A stretch of 44,190 bases of DNA from Octopus bimaculoides (taxonomy: Eukaryota), in NCBI RefSeq assembly GCF_001194135.2, contig NC_069002.1:1020079-1064268 (forward strand), in the 5' to 3' direction. Within the stretch, counting starts at the first letter, position 1; each line of letters opens with the position of its first letter. The position numbers and the translations under genes were made by a program. Under the pieces are notes generated by a model that saw only the letters and a list, made by a program, of their open reading frames with translations, had not been told where the DNA came from and ran no database searches. Below, one piece after another: positions 11,212-24,417 of this stretch.

Positions 11212-11575
11212 CGAGTGTCAGCGGCTGTGGTAAGAAGTCTGCTTCCCAGCCACATGGTTCCGGGTTCAGTTTCACTACGTTGCACCTTGAGCAAGTGTTT
11301 ACTTCTATAACCTCGGATTTTGATCAAATCTTGTGAGTGGATTTGGTAGACGTACAGGCCCGTCTCATATCTGTGTGTGTGTGTGTGTGTGTGTGTATGA
11401 GTCTGTATGTGTGTGCATGTGTGTGTTTCTACATTTACCACCCAGTACCATTTCACAGTCGGCGTTGGTGCATTTACGTCCGCGTAATATAGTGGTTTGG
11501 CAAAAAGAGAACGACAGAATAAATACCAGGCGTTCAGAAAAAAAAAAATGTACTGGCGTCTATTCATTCGACTTC
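11212..11575 (+). mobile_element. Near full-length SINE (family C) with internal (GT)n
   Basis: The 5' half matches 30985-31143 (GTGGT.AAGAAG.CTGCTTCCCA.CCACATG...TTGTGAGTGGATTTGGTAGAC). The 3' half matches 43520-43695 (TTGGTG...TTTACGTCC...GGCAAAA.GA.ACGA.AGAA). Confidence 0.85.
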
Positions 11576-11723
11576 GTACTTTTCTGTTGTACACGTTTCG
11601 CGAAGTCCTGTGCCCACATATGCATATATATACGTATAGCTGTAAGTATATACATATACGTATGTATATATATATGTAAATATATATGAATCAAGTCATA
11701 ACCTTATCCATAAGATGATTCCC

Positions 11724-11820
11724 ATGCTTTCCCTGATGAGAAGGTTACAATTTTAATATCAAAGATCCCTATGGATCACACAGGTTGTAATCCTTTGAAA
11801 CATATGTAGGAATAAAGTAT
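11724..11820 (+). ncRNA. Type I hammerhead ribozyme with intact catalytic core
   Basis: CTGATGA 11733-39. Stem II GAAGG-TTACAA / TTGTAA-T-CCTTT. GAAA 11797-800. Stem III AC-ATAT-GT. GUA cleavage triplet ending at 11808. Stem I TTCC/GGAA plus ATGCT/AGTAT around a 3-nt TAA bulge. Confidence 0.85.
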
Positions 11821-12512
11821 GCAATTATAACATGCGTTTTCTCCATTCCTTAAATTCTTAAATATACTCAAATACCCAAAATTTCAAGGAGTTCCTACCT
11901 TAAAAACAGGAACTAAACCATAGTTATTTTGTGTTCTTTGCTACATTGGTTTCTATTAACCCATTTATTCTATCAAAAGAATTTTTATTCATTAAGATAG
12001 AAGAAATACACNNNNNNNNNNNNNNNNNNNNNNNNNNNNNNNNNNNNNNNNNNNNNNNNNNNNNNNNNNNNNNNNNNNNNNNNNNNNNNNNNNNNNNNNN
12101 NNNNNNNNNNNNNNNNNNNNNNNNNNNNNNNNNNNNNNNNNNNNNNNNNNNNNNNNNNNNNNNNNNNNNNNNNNNNNNNNNNNNNNNNNNNNNNNNNNNN
12201 NNNNNNNNNNNNNNNNNNNNNNNNNNNNNNNNNNNNNNNNNNNNNNNNNNNNNNNNNNNNNNNNNNNNNNNNNNNNNNNNNNNNNNNNNNNNNNNNNNNN
12301 NNNNNNNNNNNNNNNNNNNNNNNNNNNNNNNNNNNNNNNNNNNNNNNNNNNNNNNNNNNNNNNNNNNNNNNNTATATATATATATATATATATATATTCA
12401 ACCATATCTATATAATTGTGTATATATACATACACACGCATATATATATGTATATATATTCAAATATATATATATATATGTAAATATATGTGTGTGTGTG
12501 TGTATGTGTGTG

Positions 12513-12557
<45 letters not shown>

Positions 12558-13370
12558 ATTTATATATACACGCATACACAAACATAAACACTTCTGTCAA
12601 TATTTCACTTTTCCCTCATCTCGCTATCACAATACACTACACAACACACACTACACACACACATTATATCGCAAAACCACACACACGTACATCATAATTT
12701 CCTCCTCCTCTCCCTTACACACTACCTCCTTCCTTTCATTTCGTCCATTCACCACCACCACCACCAAACCAACCCCCCCAACACACTACCTCACCACAAA
12801 TTATTATTCTTCCATCATTTCACTCGGCGATGGACTCCCAAGTCACCACTTCAACTCTCCAATGTATACCAATATAGACATACAGGTGTTTGCTAGGACT
12901 AGCCGTCCTCGCTATTCTTATAATATTACCCATCATGCTCTCCTAATATCTTCTCCTTACTCTTCATTACATATATAACATCATTGCATACGCTTTTTCT
13001 CCTCATATTTTTTTTTCTTAGTTTTGCCTTCATTTTTTTGAGTGTACTTTTTTTGTGATTTTGGATACTTTTTAATACGATATGAATTTTTTTCTTTCTA
13101 TATTTCTATTCCTACCTGCTTTTTCTTCAGCTTTCTACCTCTTTCTCTCTCTCCCTTCCNNNNNNNNNNNNNNNNNNNNNNNNNNNNNNNNNNNNNNNNN
13201 NNNNNNNNNNNNNNNNNNNNNNNNNNNNNNNNNNNNNNNNNNNNNNNNNNNNNNNNNNNNNNNNNNNNNNNNNNNNNNNNNNNNNNNNNNNNNNNNNNNN
13301 NNNNNNNNNNNNNNNNNNNNNNNNNNNNNNNNNNNNNNNNNNNNNNNNNNNNNNNNNNNNNNNNNNNNNN

Positions 13371-13423
<53 letters not shown>

Positions 13424-13937
13424 CATACATATAAATATATCTATATATATACATATATACATATGTATATATATACACACATATATATCCGTACATATAT
13501 ATATATATATGTATATATATATATGTATATAGATATATATGGACTATTCCTAGAGTGTGTGTGCATGTGCGATCCGTTATCACGAGAACGTATCTTTGGT
13601 TATAAATCTCGTATATTTTCCTTCCATCTATTCTGGAAGTAATTGTTGACGTTTGTAGTCATAATTGTTGCTGTTGTTGTTGTAGTTGTGTTCAGTGTGT
13701 GTATTTGTTGTTGTTGTTGTTATTATTGTTGTTGATTGTGTTGGTAACCGCATCTATTCTCGTCGCTATCTAACTTGCGCTCTCTCCTCATTCTCGTCAT
13801 CATCATCACCACCGCCAAAACCACCACCACCACCACCACCATCGTTGTCCTCTTCATTTATATCATGCACAAGAAATGATCCGATAGTCAAAACCACGCA
13901 CAGCTTCAGGTAATTTGCGGCCGCCATACGAACGATA

Positions 13938-14055
13938 GTGATGATGATGACGATGGGGATGATGATGATGGTGATGATGACGATGGGGATGATGATGATG
14001 GTGATGATGATGATATTGATGATAGAGAATATATTGCCGATGCTGCTGCTGCTGT

Positions 14056-14122
<67 letters not shown>
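13938..14122. repeat. Compound (GAT)n with a duplicated 30-bp unit, then (CTG)n/(CTA)n
   Basis: GATGATGATGACGATGGGGATGATGATGAT-type unit repeated twice, followed by a pure (CTA)n. Confidence 0.95.
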
Positions 14123-14123
<1 letters not shown>

Positions 14124-14266
14124 ATGCTGCTTTTGCTGCTTTCGATGCATGATTTGCCTTTTTATTTTTGTTGTAACTTCTGTCAGTTATTGCCTTCATA
14201 TTTTTTACCTTCCATGCGAATATGGATGGATATATGTGTATGCTCATATGCTTACGCGTGTATATA

Positions 14267-14303
<37 letters not shown>

Positions 14304-14995
14304 NNNNNNNNNNNNNNNNNNNNNNNNNNNNNNNNNNNNNNNNNNNNNNNNNNNNNNNNNNNNNNNNNNNNNNNNNNNNNNNNNNNNNNNNNNNNNNNNN
14401 NNNNNNNNNNNNNNNNNNNNNNNNNNNNNNNNNNNNNNNNNNNNNNNNNNNNNNNNNNNNNNNNNNNNNNNNNNNNNNNNNNNNNNNNNNNNNNNNNNNN
14501 NNNNNNNNNNNNNNNNNNNNNNNNNNNNNNNNNNNNNNNNNNNNNNNNNNNNNNNNNNNNNNNNNNNNNNNNNNNNNNNNNNNNNNNNNNNNNNNNNNNN
14601 NNNNNNNNNNNNNNNNNNNNNNNNNNNNNNNNNNNNNNNNNNNNNNNNNNNNNNNNNNNNNNNNNNNNNNNNNNNNNNNNNNNNNNNNNNNNNNNNNNNN
14701 NNNNNNNNNNNNNNNNNNNNNNNNNNNNNNNNNNNNNNNNNNNNNNNNNNNNNNNNNNNNNNNNNNNNNNNNNNNNNNNNNNNNNNNNNNNNNNNNNNNN
14801 NNNNNNNNNNNNNNNNNNNNNNNNNNNNNNNNNNNNNNNNNNNNNNNNNNNNNNNNNNNNNNNNNNNNNNNNNNNNNNNNNNNNNNNNNNNNNNNNNNNN
14901 NNNNNNNNNNNNNNNNNNNNNNNNNNNNNNNNNNNNNNNNNNNNNNNNNNNNNNNNNNNNNNNNNNNNNNNNNNNNNNNNNNNNNNNNNNNNNNN

Positions 14996-15052
<57 letters not shown>

Positions 15053-16506
15053 ATATTTATGTATGTATGAATATATGTATGTGTGTACAGATATACATAT
15101 ATGTGTCTGTGTGTATATATACGTCTATATATACATGTGTGTATCTATATATATTTATATACTTACCATAACTCATCTTCTGTAATCAATGTTCTGGGAA
15201 TAAACTCCTGCGAGAGAAGTGCGAATTTATATGATCAATCACCCATACACACTCAGATACACACACACACAAACACACACACATACACACGCACACACAC
15301 ATACACACGCACACACACATACACACGCACACACACACATGCGTAAACACATTCACATAGCTGCCGTTGTTAATTTTATGTCAACAACTGGTTTTACTTA
15401 CCCCATGAGGGCAAAGCCAGTGCATATAACATAACCAAAAATTTGTTACGATTCTTCTGGAATCATTGTTAGTTAACATGGCGTCATTATTTCCTGTTTC
15501 GTGATTGCGAGCTGCCTACGAAATATTGAAAGACGCTGATGTATTTTTATCTCAGCTCAATCTGAAACAGACGATTGTGACAAAGATAGACGAAGGGAGA
15601 AGAAGAGAAAGGGACAAAACAATCAGATAGAGAAAGACACACGAACAGGCAGGTATATAGTTACGAAGCCAGTACGTGAACGCTGCTCATTATACACCCT
15701 CACGCAGGTGCGCACGCGTGCACAGCTGTTGAAACGATCATAAACCCATTCACATAAATATCGCAAACACACACACACACACACACACACGTATATTCAT
15801 GCATAGATGTTCCCAGACGCATATCGGAATATACATAAGAGATGCACACCACACACACTATGCAGCATATCAGCAATATTCAAATGCAAGAATATTATAT
15901 AATATACGAAAATATATATGTGTGCATGTATGTGTGTTTCTGCATATATATATCTGTATTTATATATATATATGTGTGTGTTTCTCTAAGTATATAAGTA
16001 TATATATATACATATATACATATGATGTGTATATATAATGTACATACGCACAGTGTTATAAAAATAGACACAAACATACATACATGCACACATACATACA
16101 CACACATACATGCATTACATACATGCATACATGCACACGTTATATTCGCCGCAGCCCATGTAATGACAACCATACACAAAAGACCTCTGATAATAGATTT
16201 AAAAAAAAAGTCCTTTGTAACGACCATTTCGTGTATGTATGAATACACGTTATCTCAAAGCATCACTCAGTCCACCCCTCTTCCTTCCTCCCATTCTCCC
16301 ACTCACTCTCTTCTCTTCTCTGTTTCCACATACACACATGTATACATATATGCATACATATGCATAAATATATAAGTTTATGCTTCTGTATACACCTGGA
16401 AACCTGCACACGCTCTATTCATGTGTATGTATGTATAGTGTATATATAAATGCACACATATACATACACGCACCATACACACGAATCTATGTGTGTTTGT
16501 GTTTGT

Positions 16507-16510
<4 letters not shown>

Positions 16511-16580
<70 letters not shown>
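16511..16580. repeat. (AT)n microsatellite
   Basis: Directly visible. Confidence 0.95.
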
Positions 16581-16582
<2 letters not shown>

Positions 16583-16600
16583 GTATGTATATATTTATAT

Positions 16601-16633
<33 letters not shown>

Positions 16634-16811
16634 CGTATGTATATATTTATATACACACACACATATATATATATATATATATGCATAAACAGATTGATGC
16701 ATATATGCAGATATATTTTATATATAGCTACACATATATATGCATATATATATATATATATGTTTGTGTGTATGCGCATATGTTAGTTTATGTGTTTGTA
16801 GGATATGTGTG

Positions 16812-16852
<41 letters not shown>

Positions 16853-17019
16853 CGAATCTTTGCCATGTTCAACTCCCGACAGAGATAAGAGGTGATGGAA
16901 AGAAATGAAATAGTTGTGGGTTTGCATGGTCCGCCACGGCCATTGTGTTCTTGTCTTTATGGTTTTATTGTTGGTTGTGGGGTGGTGCGTGATGGTGGTG
17001 GTAGCGGTGAAAACAACGA

Positions 17020-17206
17020 TAATGATGATGATGATGATGATGATTGCGATGATGATGATAATGATGATGAACAAGATGACGATGATGATGAGGATGAAGA
17101 TGCTGATGATGATGACGATGATGTTGATAGTGATGATGATGACAATGAGGAAGAGAAGTTTGAGGAGGGTAGATATAATGAAGATGATGTTGATGAGGAT
17201 GATGAT
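17020..17206. repeat. Degenerate (GAT)n trinucleotide tract
   Basis: Directly visible; source of the poly-D/poly-M/poly-S ORFs. Confidence 0.9.
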
Positions 17207-17243
17207 AAAAACCTTCTTTTCTGCAACAGTGTTATTTGATGGT

Positions 17244-17465
17244 GGAGGCGCGTGGCTTAGTGGTTAGGGTGCTGGACTCATGATCATAAGATTGTGGTTT
17301 CAATTCCTGTACCGGGCGACGCATTGTGTTCTTGAGCAAGGCACTTCAGTTCATGTTGCTCCCGTCCACTCAGCTGGCAAAAGTGAGTAAACCGGGTTGT
17401 GTATATATACGCCATGGAAACCGGGAAACCGGCCCTTGTAAGTCTACAGGACTCGGTAGGGAACT
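17244..17465 (+). mobile_element. Full-length tRNA-derived SINE (family A variant) with Pol III A and B boxes
   Basis: A-box TGGCTTAGTGG 17253-63, B-box GGTTTCAATTCC 17296-307, then TTGTGTTCTTGAGCAAGGCACTT (CORE-like). The 3' part is shared with 19165-19240. Confidence 0.9.
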
Positions 17466-18601
17466 TTACATTTTTCTTTTACTAATCACAAGTCCGTAGT
17501 ACCGTCGATGTGACCAATCAATGCAGAGAAGTAGCGGCCCAACCAAGAGTAACTCCCTAACCAACGAGCTATGTTCCCTTCCCCAGTCGAGTAACGTTAC
17601 CCCAGTGACCCACCGGAGAGGCGCCAGTTCTGCCGTTTGTATTCACGGTCGTACTCTTTCTTGTGCCTATTCTTGAACCTTAGTCCATGAATGTTCTGGA
17701 TGATGTATAACTACTTATATTAAAATGTGTGACCGAAATTGTTACAAATGCGCTTTTGATCAATGCTGTTCCGTCTGTGACCATCACGTTTTAATTTTAA
17801 GATACACTATATCAGACCATGTTATCGAATGTGTCCTGCCTTTTCAAAAACAGCGGAGAGTTGTCGTAACTATAGAGATTAGGTAGCTATTTCCGTAAAG
17901 AAAAGACTCCCTTGTCGGTTCCATGCTATTATGATCCTTTTTCTTTTTGTTTGTTGCTTTGATGCTGGTGGTAATGGAAGGGGTGGTGGTGGTGGAATGA
18001 TGGTGTTGAGGGTGGCAGTGGTTTGTCGTGGTAGGGATGCTGAAGATGTTAACCATATCTTTTGTTAAAGTTGATGTGTTTTGTTTGCAGTGGGAATACG
18101 TAACTCATATGTGAGTGTGTATAGCCTTAGTATGAAACAGTGCATGCGCATGTGCGTATATGTGTATGTGTGCGTGTGAAAGGAGAGAGAGAGAGACAGA
18201 GAGAGAGAGAGAGAAAGGAAGAGGAGGAGGAGATGGAGGAAGAGGAAAACATGTGCGTTGATCATGGAGATTCTGGTTAAACGAGGAATTTACAACACCT
18301 GAGACAATGCAATATGAAGAACATGGTATTAGATGCCATTATGGCATTAGACCATTGTAAGAATTAAAAACAACTAGAATATATCGTAATTTGTTTTTTA
18401 TATATATTTGCCTGTATCTGTTGTTTGGCATTTTTTAGTAATTTTTTTATAATCTGATTTAGGCAATTTATGGTTAGTAGCCACATACACACACAGAGAC
18501 TCACACACACACACACACACACACACATGTATGTTTGTGTATGTATGTGTGTATGGATATATGTGTATGTATAAATACACAAACACACACTCACAGACAT
18601 C

Positions 18602-18638
<37 letters not shown>

Positions 18639-18774
18639 AGCAAGTATACATACATGAAGTATGTATTGTCGCTGGTAATAAAATATTAGCATAATAACTG
18701 TTTTTAATTTTCTAATTTAGTAAAACACAGGACGAGGAGTTTTGAGTGGAGGGATGGTTAGAGTTTAAACCAAC

Positions 18775-18870
18775 TCCAATATATGACTGGTACTTTATTT
18801 CATTGACCTTAGAAAGATTTATGACAGATCTGACCCGGACAAGTTTTGAACCAAGAACATAAAGACAAAG
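18775..18870 (-). mobile_element. Diverged SINE family B fragment
   Basis: GACTGGTACTTTATTTCATTGACC...GAAAGATT...TTTGAAC matches the 29280-29345 copy. Confidence 0.55.
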
Positions 18871-18988
18871 AGGAAGAAGAATTAAGGCATCGTACATTTT
18901 CGAGAAACTAATTCTTCTGTCAACTCCCCACCTTTAAATCGGACAAAAGAAAAAGACGTGAAATTTTCAGGAGTTAGATAGTCTATAC

Positions 18989-19100
18989 CAATGATTCTGA
19001 ACTTGGGTTTGTATAAGATTTCTGGGCGTGGGGTCCGTACAAGCAAAGTGGTAATTTGGGGATCCACAGTAATATTTTATGGGTCTAAGAAAAGATTTTG
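18989..19100 (+). mobile_element. Possible hAT (Charlie-type) MITE end fragment
   Basis: Starts CAATGATTCTGAAC, resembling CAGTGGTTCTCAAC-type hAT termini, followed by GGGGTCC-type subterminal motifs. No partner end seen. Confidence 0.3.
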
Positions 19101-19164
19101 TACTCGGCATATTTGTGCATTGCAAGAAACAGAGGGGTTTCTTTCTACATGTTTCTGGTAACTG

Positions 19165-19382
19165 AAACATGTCATCTCAGGCTCTGGCCGTTTTCCCGGT
19201 TTCCATGGCGTATAAATTTCTCACCTGGACGGAACGTCAGTCCCTTGCAGGATTACTCCTTTTTGCTAGCTGAGCTGAAATGAAGTGTTGTGCTCAAGAA
19301 CACAGCGCCAACATCCGGACCGGGAATCGAAACTACAATCATACGATCATGAGTCCAACACCACTAACCGCTAAGCATGGGC
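19165..19382 (-). mobile_element. SINE family A copy
   Basis: Reverse complement of the 17244-17440 copy (CCGGTTTCCATGGCGTATA; GCTCAAGAACACA; CCGGGAATCGAAAC; CGATCATGAGTCCAACACC). Confidence 0.85.
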
Positions 19383-19389
19383 CCCAGTG

Positions 19390-19442
19390 TTTTACTTGTA
19401 CTTAATTTATCGACCCCGAAAGGATGAAAGGCAAAGTCGACA
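19390..19442 (-). mobile_element. SINE family B internal fragment
   Basis: GTACTTAATTTATCGACCCCGAAAGGATGAAAGGCAAAGTCGAC, matching 29284-29327. Confidence 0.75.
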
Positions 19443-20166
19443 ATAATGATAAATGTTTTCTTTATTTGCCATTACAATGATATAGATATTCGACATTATA
19501 ATTAACAATTCAACAGCAACAGGCCCCGCGATAATATTTCCACCTTTTTGTTGCTTTATCACAAATTTTGAGCTATACATTCTCACGAATATAGTTCGAG
19601 AAATCCAAGCACTTAATTCATTGACAACAGCAACAATAATAGCAATAATGATCATAAAAGAATTAATAAGAATAAACCTTTAAAAAATGAAAATGAGAGA
19701 AAATGTTCAGAGAAACTGAAGAAAAAAAAACGGGAAAATGAAACAAAACCCCCAATTAATAAATACTTTCATATTTGAAGAAATGGACAGAGAAGTAAAG
19801 AACTGAGAGAAAAAAAAAAAAAAGGAAGGAGAGAAAGGAAGAAAGTGGATTAGAAATCGAGAAAGAATGTGATTCGAAAGAGAACCACTTGCCATCTGCT
19901 TCCTGTTAGAATAATTCCTCTTTCTGTGGCAAATTTATAAAGAAAAAAGAAATTTAAAGAACATCTTCCGTAATTCGAGAAACCATAAAAATATTTATCT
20001 TACTTAAGTAGCTCTCCACCAGTTCTGCACCACTTGGCACTGGGGGGTGGCTGGGATATTTACAGACAGACACACACAGACACACACACACTCTCTCTCA
20101 CACACACTCTCTCTCTCTCTCTCTCACACGCATATAAATATATATTCGTGTGTGTGTGTTATATGC

Positions 20167-20200
<34 letters not shown>

Positions 20201-20533
20201 TTGTGTGTGCATGTGTGTGTGTGTGTGTAAGCATATCTATGTATCTATTTAGACATTTGCTTATCACAATTTGTATGAGTGTGTGTGTGCGTGTGCATGA
20301 GTGTGTGTGCGTCTCTATATATATTGCAAATAAGATGGTTATTCACTCCAATGCTAATCAGGCTTTCACGCAGCTGGCACATACTGGATTGACTGCTGAA
20401 GCAATGAAGACGTATGTGTGATTGCAACCGTAACTCACCGCTTTGATTAATTATCATTAGTCCACACGAGACACGTGGTGTTATATGTGACAACAGCAAG
20501 CTGATATTACTAGCAAACTACTATGCTGCATCG

Positions 20534-20573
<40 letters not shown>

Positions 20574-21484
20574 TGCAGCCAAAATCTCCATCATCAGATG
20601 TTTCCGGCATATTTTTCCGTTCTCTTAGTTCACATTTTGAATCAAGCAATAACCTCACCCCTACAATATCCAGCAGTACCCGGAGACAGTGTACTTTCTC
20701 TGTGTATCACGTTTACATTCTAAATCAATCATATTTTGGACTCCTTTCCTTCTAATAACAATCCTACAAGTTGTTCCATTAACACCAAATATGTTTTGCA
20801 AGATTTAGTCTTTTAGGCTCATCTCATTCAAAACAGTATGTGTAAATCTTATACTAAGCTCATTGATAATTCTTCCAAAACAATATAGTCAACTCATGCA
20901 TATTTTTGAGAAATCCAAAAAGACACGATACAGAATTATTGAAGTAAATTTGGTCTTTGAAGGACACAAAGTCATTTAAAAAAATGGATAATTCTGAGTG
21001 TGATAATAAATATCCGCATTTTCTGATTAAGTATGTTTTTCATCAAAGAGAAAATATCAAACCTGTCCCAAGACGGAAATGGCTTGAACAGGAAATTAGA
21101 ATTTTTAAATTCTTGCATGCATTCAGCGAGAGATTTTCTCTGAAATGTTATATCACTGAACTGATAACTTGTCATGAATTTGTTGTAACATTAATAACAT
21201 TTTTATCTCCTTATTTCGGAGATTTATCCATCTCTAATCCCTTTTTACGACTCGGGTCACTTGCACTTTATCGTTATCTAATTTTTTTCACACACATACA
21301 CCTTGTGATTAGGCCATTTTATAAGCTTTGTATGTATTATATTTCCTTGCAGGAAGCATTCTCCCTGCACTGTATCTTCTCCACATTTTCACCACGCTAA
21401 AGCACAGACGCTGCACACAGTTTCTTCTGTCTAGTGATTGTTATGTTCTTCAGAATATTCTGTGTACTCAGAGAATAGTCAAGC

Positions 21485-21570
<86 letters not shown>
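21485..21570. repeat. Pure (TTA)n
   Basis: Directly visible. Confidence 0.95.
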
Positions 21571-21573
<3 letters not shown>

Positions 21574-22087
21574 TAGTTTTATCTTTATAACGTGCTTTCA
21601 CTTCACTACCGANNNNNNNNNNNNNNNNNNNNNNNNNNNNNNNNNNNNNNNNNNNNNNNNNNNNNNNNNNNNNNNNNNNNNNNNNNNNNNNNNNNNNNNN
21701 NNNNNNNNNNNNNNNNNNNNNNNNNNNNNNNNNNNNNNNNNNNNNNNNNNNNNNNNNNNNNNNNNNNNNNNNNNNNNNNNNNNNNNNNNNNNNNNNNNNN
21801 NNNNNNNNNNNNNNNNNNNNNNNNNNNNNNNNNNNNNNNNNNNNNNNNNNNNNNNNNNNNNNNNNNNNNNNNNNNNNNNNNNNNNNNNNNNNNNNNNNNN
21901 NNNNNNNNNNNNNNNNNNNNNNNNNNNNNNNNNNNNNNNNNNNNNNNNNNNNNNNNNNNNNNNNNNNNNNNNNNNNNNNNNNNNNNNNNNNNNNNNNNNN
22001 NNNNNNNNTACCAATATAGCATAAGAACTTACCTGAGGAGATCATTAATTAGATTCCTTAAGGGTCGTTCTCACAGTTTAAAAATCT

Positions 22088-22121
<34 letters not shown>

Positions 22122-22289
22122 TACACACACAAACACACCTTCAAAATATACACATTTCCCAATTTTCCCACATCTACGGACTTACGCACATACAGACATT
22201 TAGACGAACGAAACGAAGATCACAACACATTAATAAGCGTACAAATACACTCACTCACGCAAACACACCACACACAGAGAAGGAGACAG

Positions 22290-22399
<110 letters not shown>

Positions 22400-22779
22400 A
22401 GAAAGGGAGAGAAAGAGAGACAGAGAGACAGATTTTAAGAAAGCTGAAGTAACCAATTCCGAAGTATTAATTATTGAACGATATAACTTCGAAATTGTTC
22501 AATCAAATTCCAAATAAAGATTCGGCCTTCAATATTGGCTTCACCACAGCCAGCCCCCACCCTTCACAAATTCACACTTATCCACCCACATGCATGCATG
22601 CACATCTACACATGTCCTTACATACGTATGTATGCCTATGTGCGTATGCATGTGTCTGCGTCCATGTGCATGTGTTTGTGCGTATACGTACATAAACAGA
22701 CATTCATACATACATACAAACATGCGCATGTGTATACCTGTGTATGTCTGTTCGTATGAATATATGTATGCAGCTAATC

Positions 22780-22832
<53 letters not shown>

Positions 22833-22833
22833 T

Positions 22834-22886
<53 letters not shown>

Positions 22887-23546
22887 TTCCATCTCTCTCA
22901 CTACNNNNNNNNNNNNNNNNNNNNNNNNNNNNNNNNNNNNNNNNNNNNNNNNNNNNNNNNNNNNNNNNNNNNNNNNNNNNNNNNNNNNNNNNNNNNNNNN
23001 NNNNNNNNNNNNNNNNNNNNNNNNNNNNNNNNNNNNNNNNNNNNNNNNNNNNNNNNNNNNNNNNNNNNNNNNNNNNNNNNNNNNNNNNNNNNNNNNNNNN
23101 NNNNNNNNNNNNNNNNNNNNNNNNNNNNNNNNNNNNNNNNNNNNNNNNNNNNNNNNNNNNNNNNNNNNNNNNNNNNNNNNNNNNNNNNNNNNNNNNNNNN
23201 NNNNNNNNNNNNNNNNNNNNNNNNNNNNNNNNNNNNNNNNNNNNNNNNNNNNNNNNNNNNNNNNNNNNNNNNNNNNNNNNNNNNNNNNNNNNNNNNNNNN
23301 NNNNNNNNNNNNNNNNNNNNNNNNNNNNNNNNNNNNNTATATATATTTCCATCTCTCTCACTACCACTCTCTCTGTCTCTTTCTCTCTCTCAATTTCTGA
23401 TATATATATATATATACATGTGTGTGTGTGTGTGTGGACGTTTGTGTGTGTGTGTGTGTATACTCATATACACATGTTTATATAAGAAGAATACTGAATA
23501 TGTGTAGGTGTGTTATTAAGTGTGCCTGCAGACAGATGCATGCGCA

Positions 23547-23598
<52 letters not shown>

Positions 23599-24189
23599 CA
23601 AACACACAAACACACGCACAAACACAACTTCAACAACAATAACAATAACAGAAACAACAGCAAAAGAAAAAGAAAACACAATCCCACAATAATGGGAGTG
23701 ATCATTAAAATTGAGTTCCGCCAACGTTATAGATGCGAAATGTAGAGTTGTGTTTGGCTTCAGAAGCGGGAGGACATATTAATTGTTCCTAGTTGTTTTA
23801 AAAGATAATTTCTCGAGATATGAAGAGTTACTCCCAAGGGAAATAACTACCAGAAATGTTCAGCTGTTCTCAATCAGGTTTCTGCTTATTTCATCATAGG
23901 TTTTCATCGAAATAGGATTGTGTGCGATTCAAAAGCAGTCGCATATATATACACACATATACATACATGCGCACATGCAAAGAAAAGCTTAGAAAATCAT
24001 GTTTATAGACCGTGTGTGCTCTTCCCACTCACCTTCCTTTCTCTTCGACAAACATTGACTCTCATTGTCTCTCTTTTTCTTCATTTCCTTCTGTTTTGTT
24101 GTTGTTGTTGTTATTGCTGTGTGTATGTGTATACATATATGCTTATATACGTTTATATATGCGTGTGTGTATGTTTGTATGTGTGTGTC

Positions 24190-24264
<75 letters not shown>

Positions 24265-24344
24265 ATATGTATATATCATATATATACATGCATATATATA
24301 TGTTTACATATATACATATACATATCTGTATGTGTGCATATGAC

Positions 24345-24417
<73 letters not shown>

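Noticed and set aside
15270-15340. Regular 18-bp units suggesting an array
   Set aside because: Higher-order (CA)n microsatellite with no spacers; not CRISPR-like.
16892-17239. 115-aa acidic poly-D/E ORF that looks like a low-complexity protein
   Set aside because: It is a degenerate (GAT)n tract like several others in the window; no splice context or recognisable domain.
17244-17315. tRNA gene (CAT anticodon-like loop)
   Set aside because: It continues directly into the SINE CORE-like body and the acceptor stem does not close; it is a SINE head.
20330-20520. TGATTAAT site and a possible 38-nt exon in repeat-free DNA
   Set aside because: A single motif and a tiny frame are expected by chance at this AT content.
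22878-23364. 27-bp direct repeat on both sides of a gap
   Set aside because: Typical contig-end overlap; assembly artefact.
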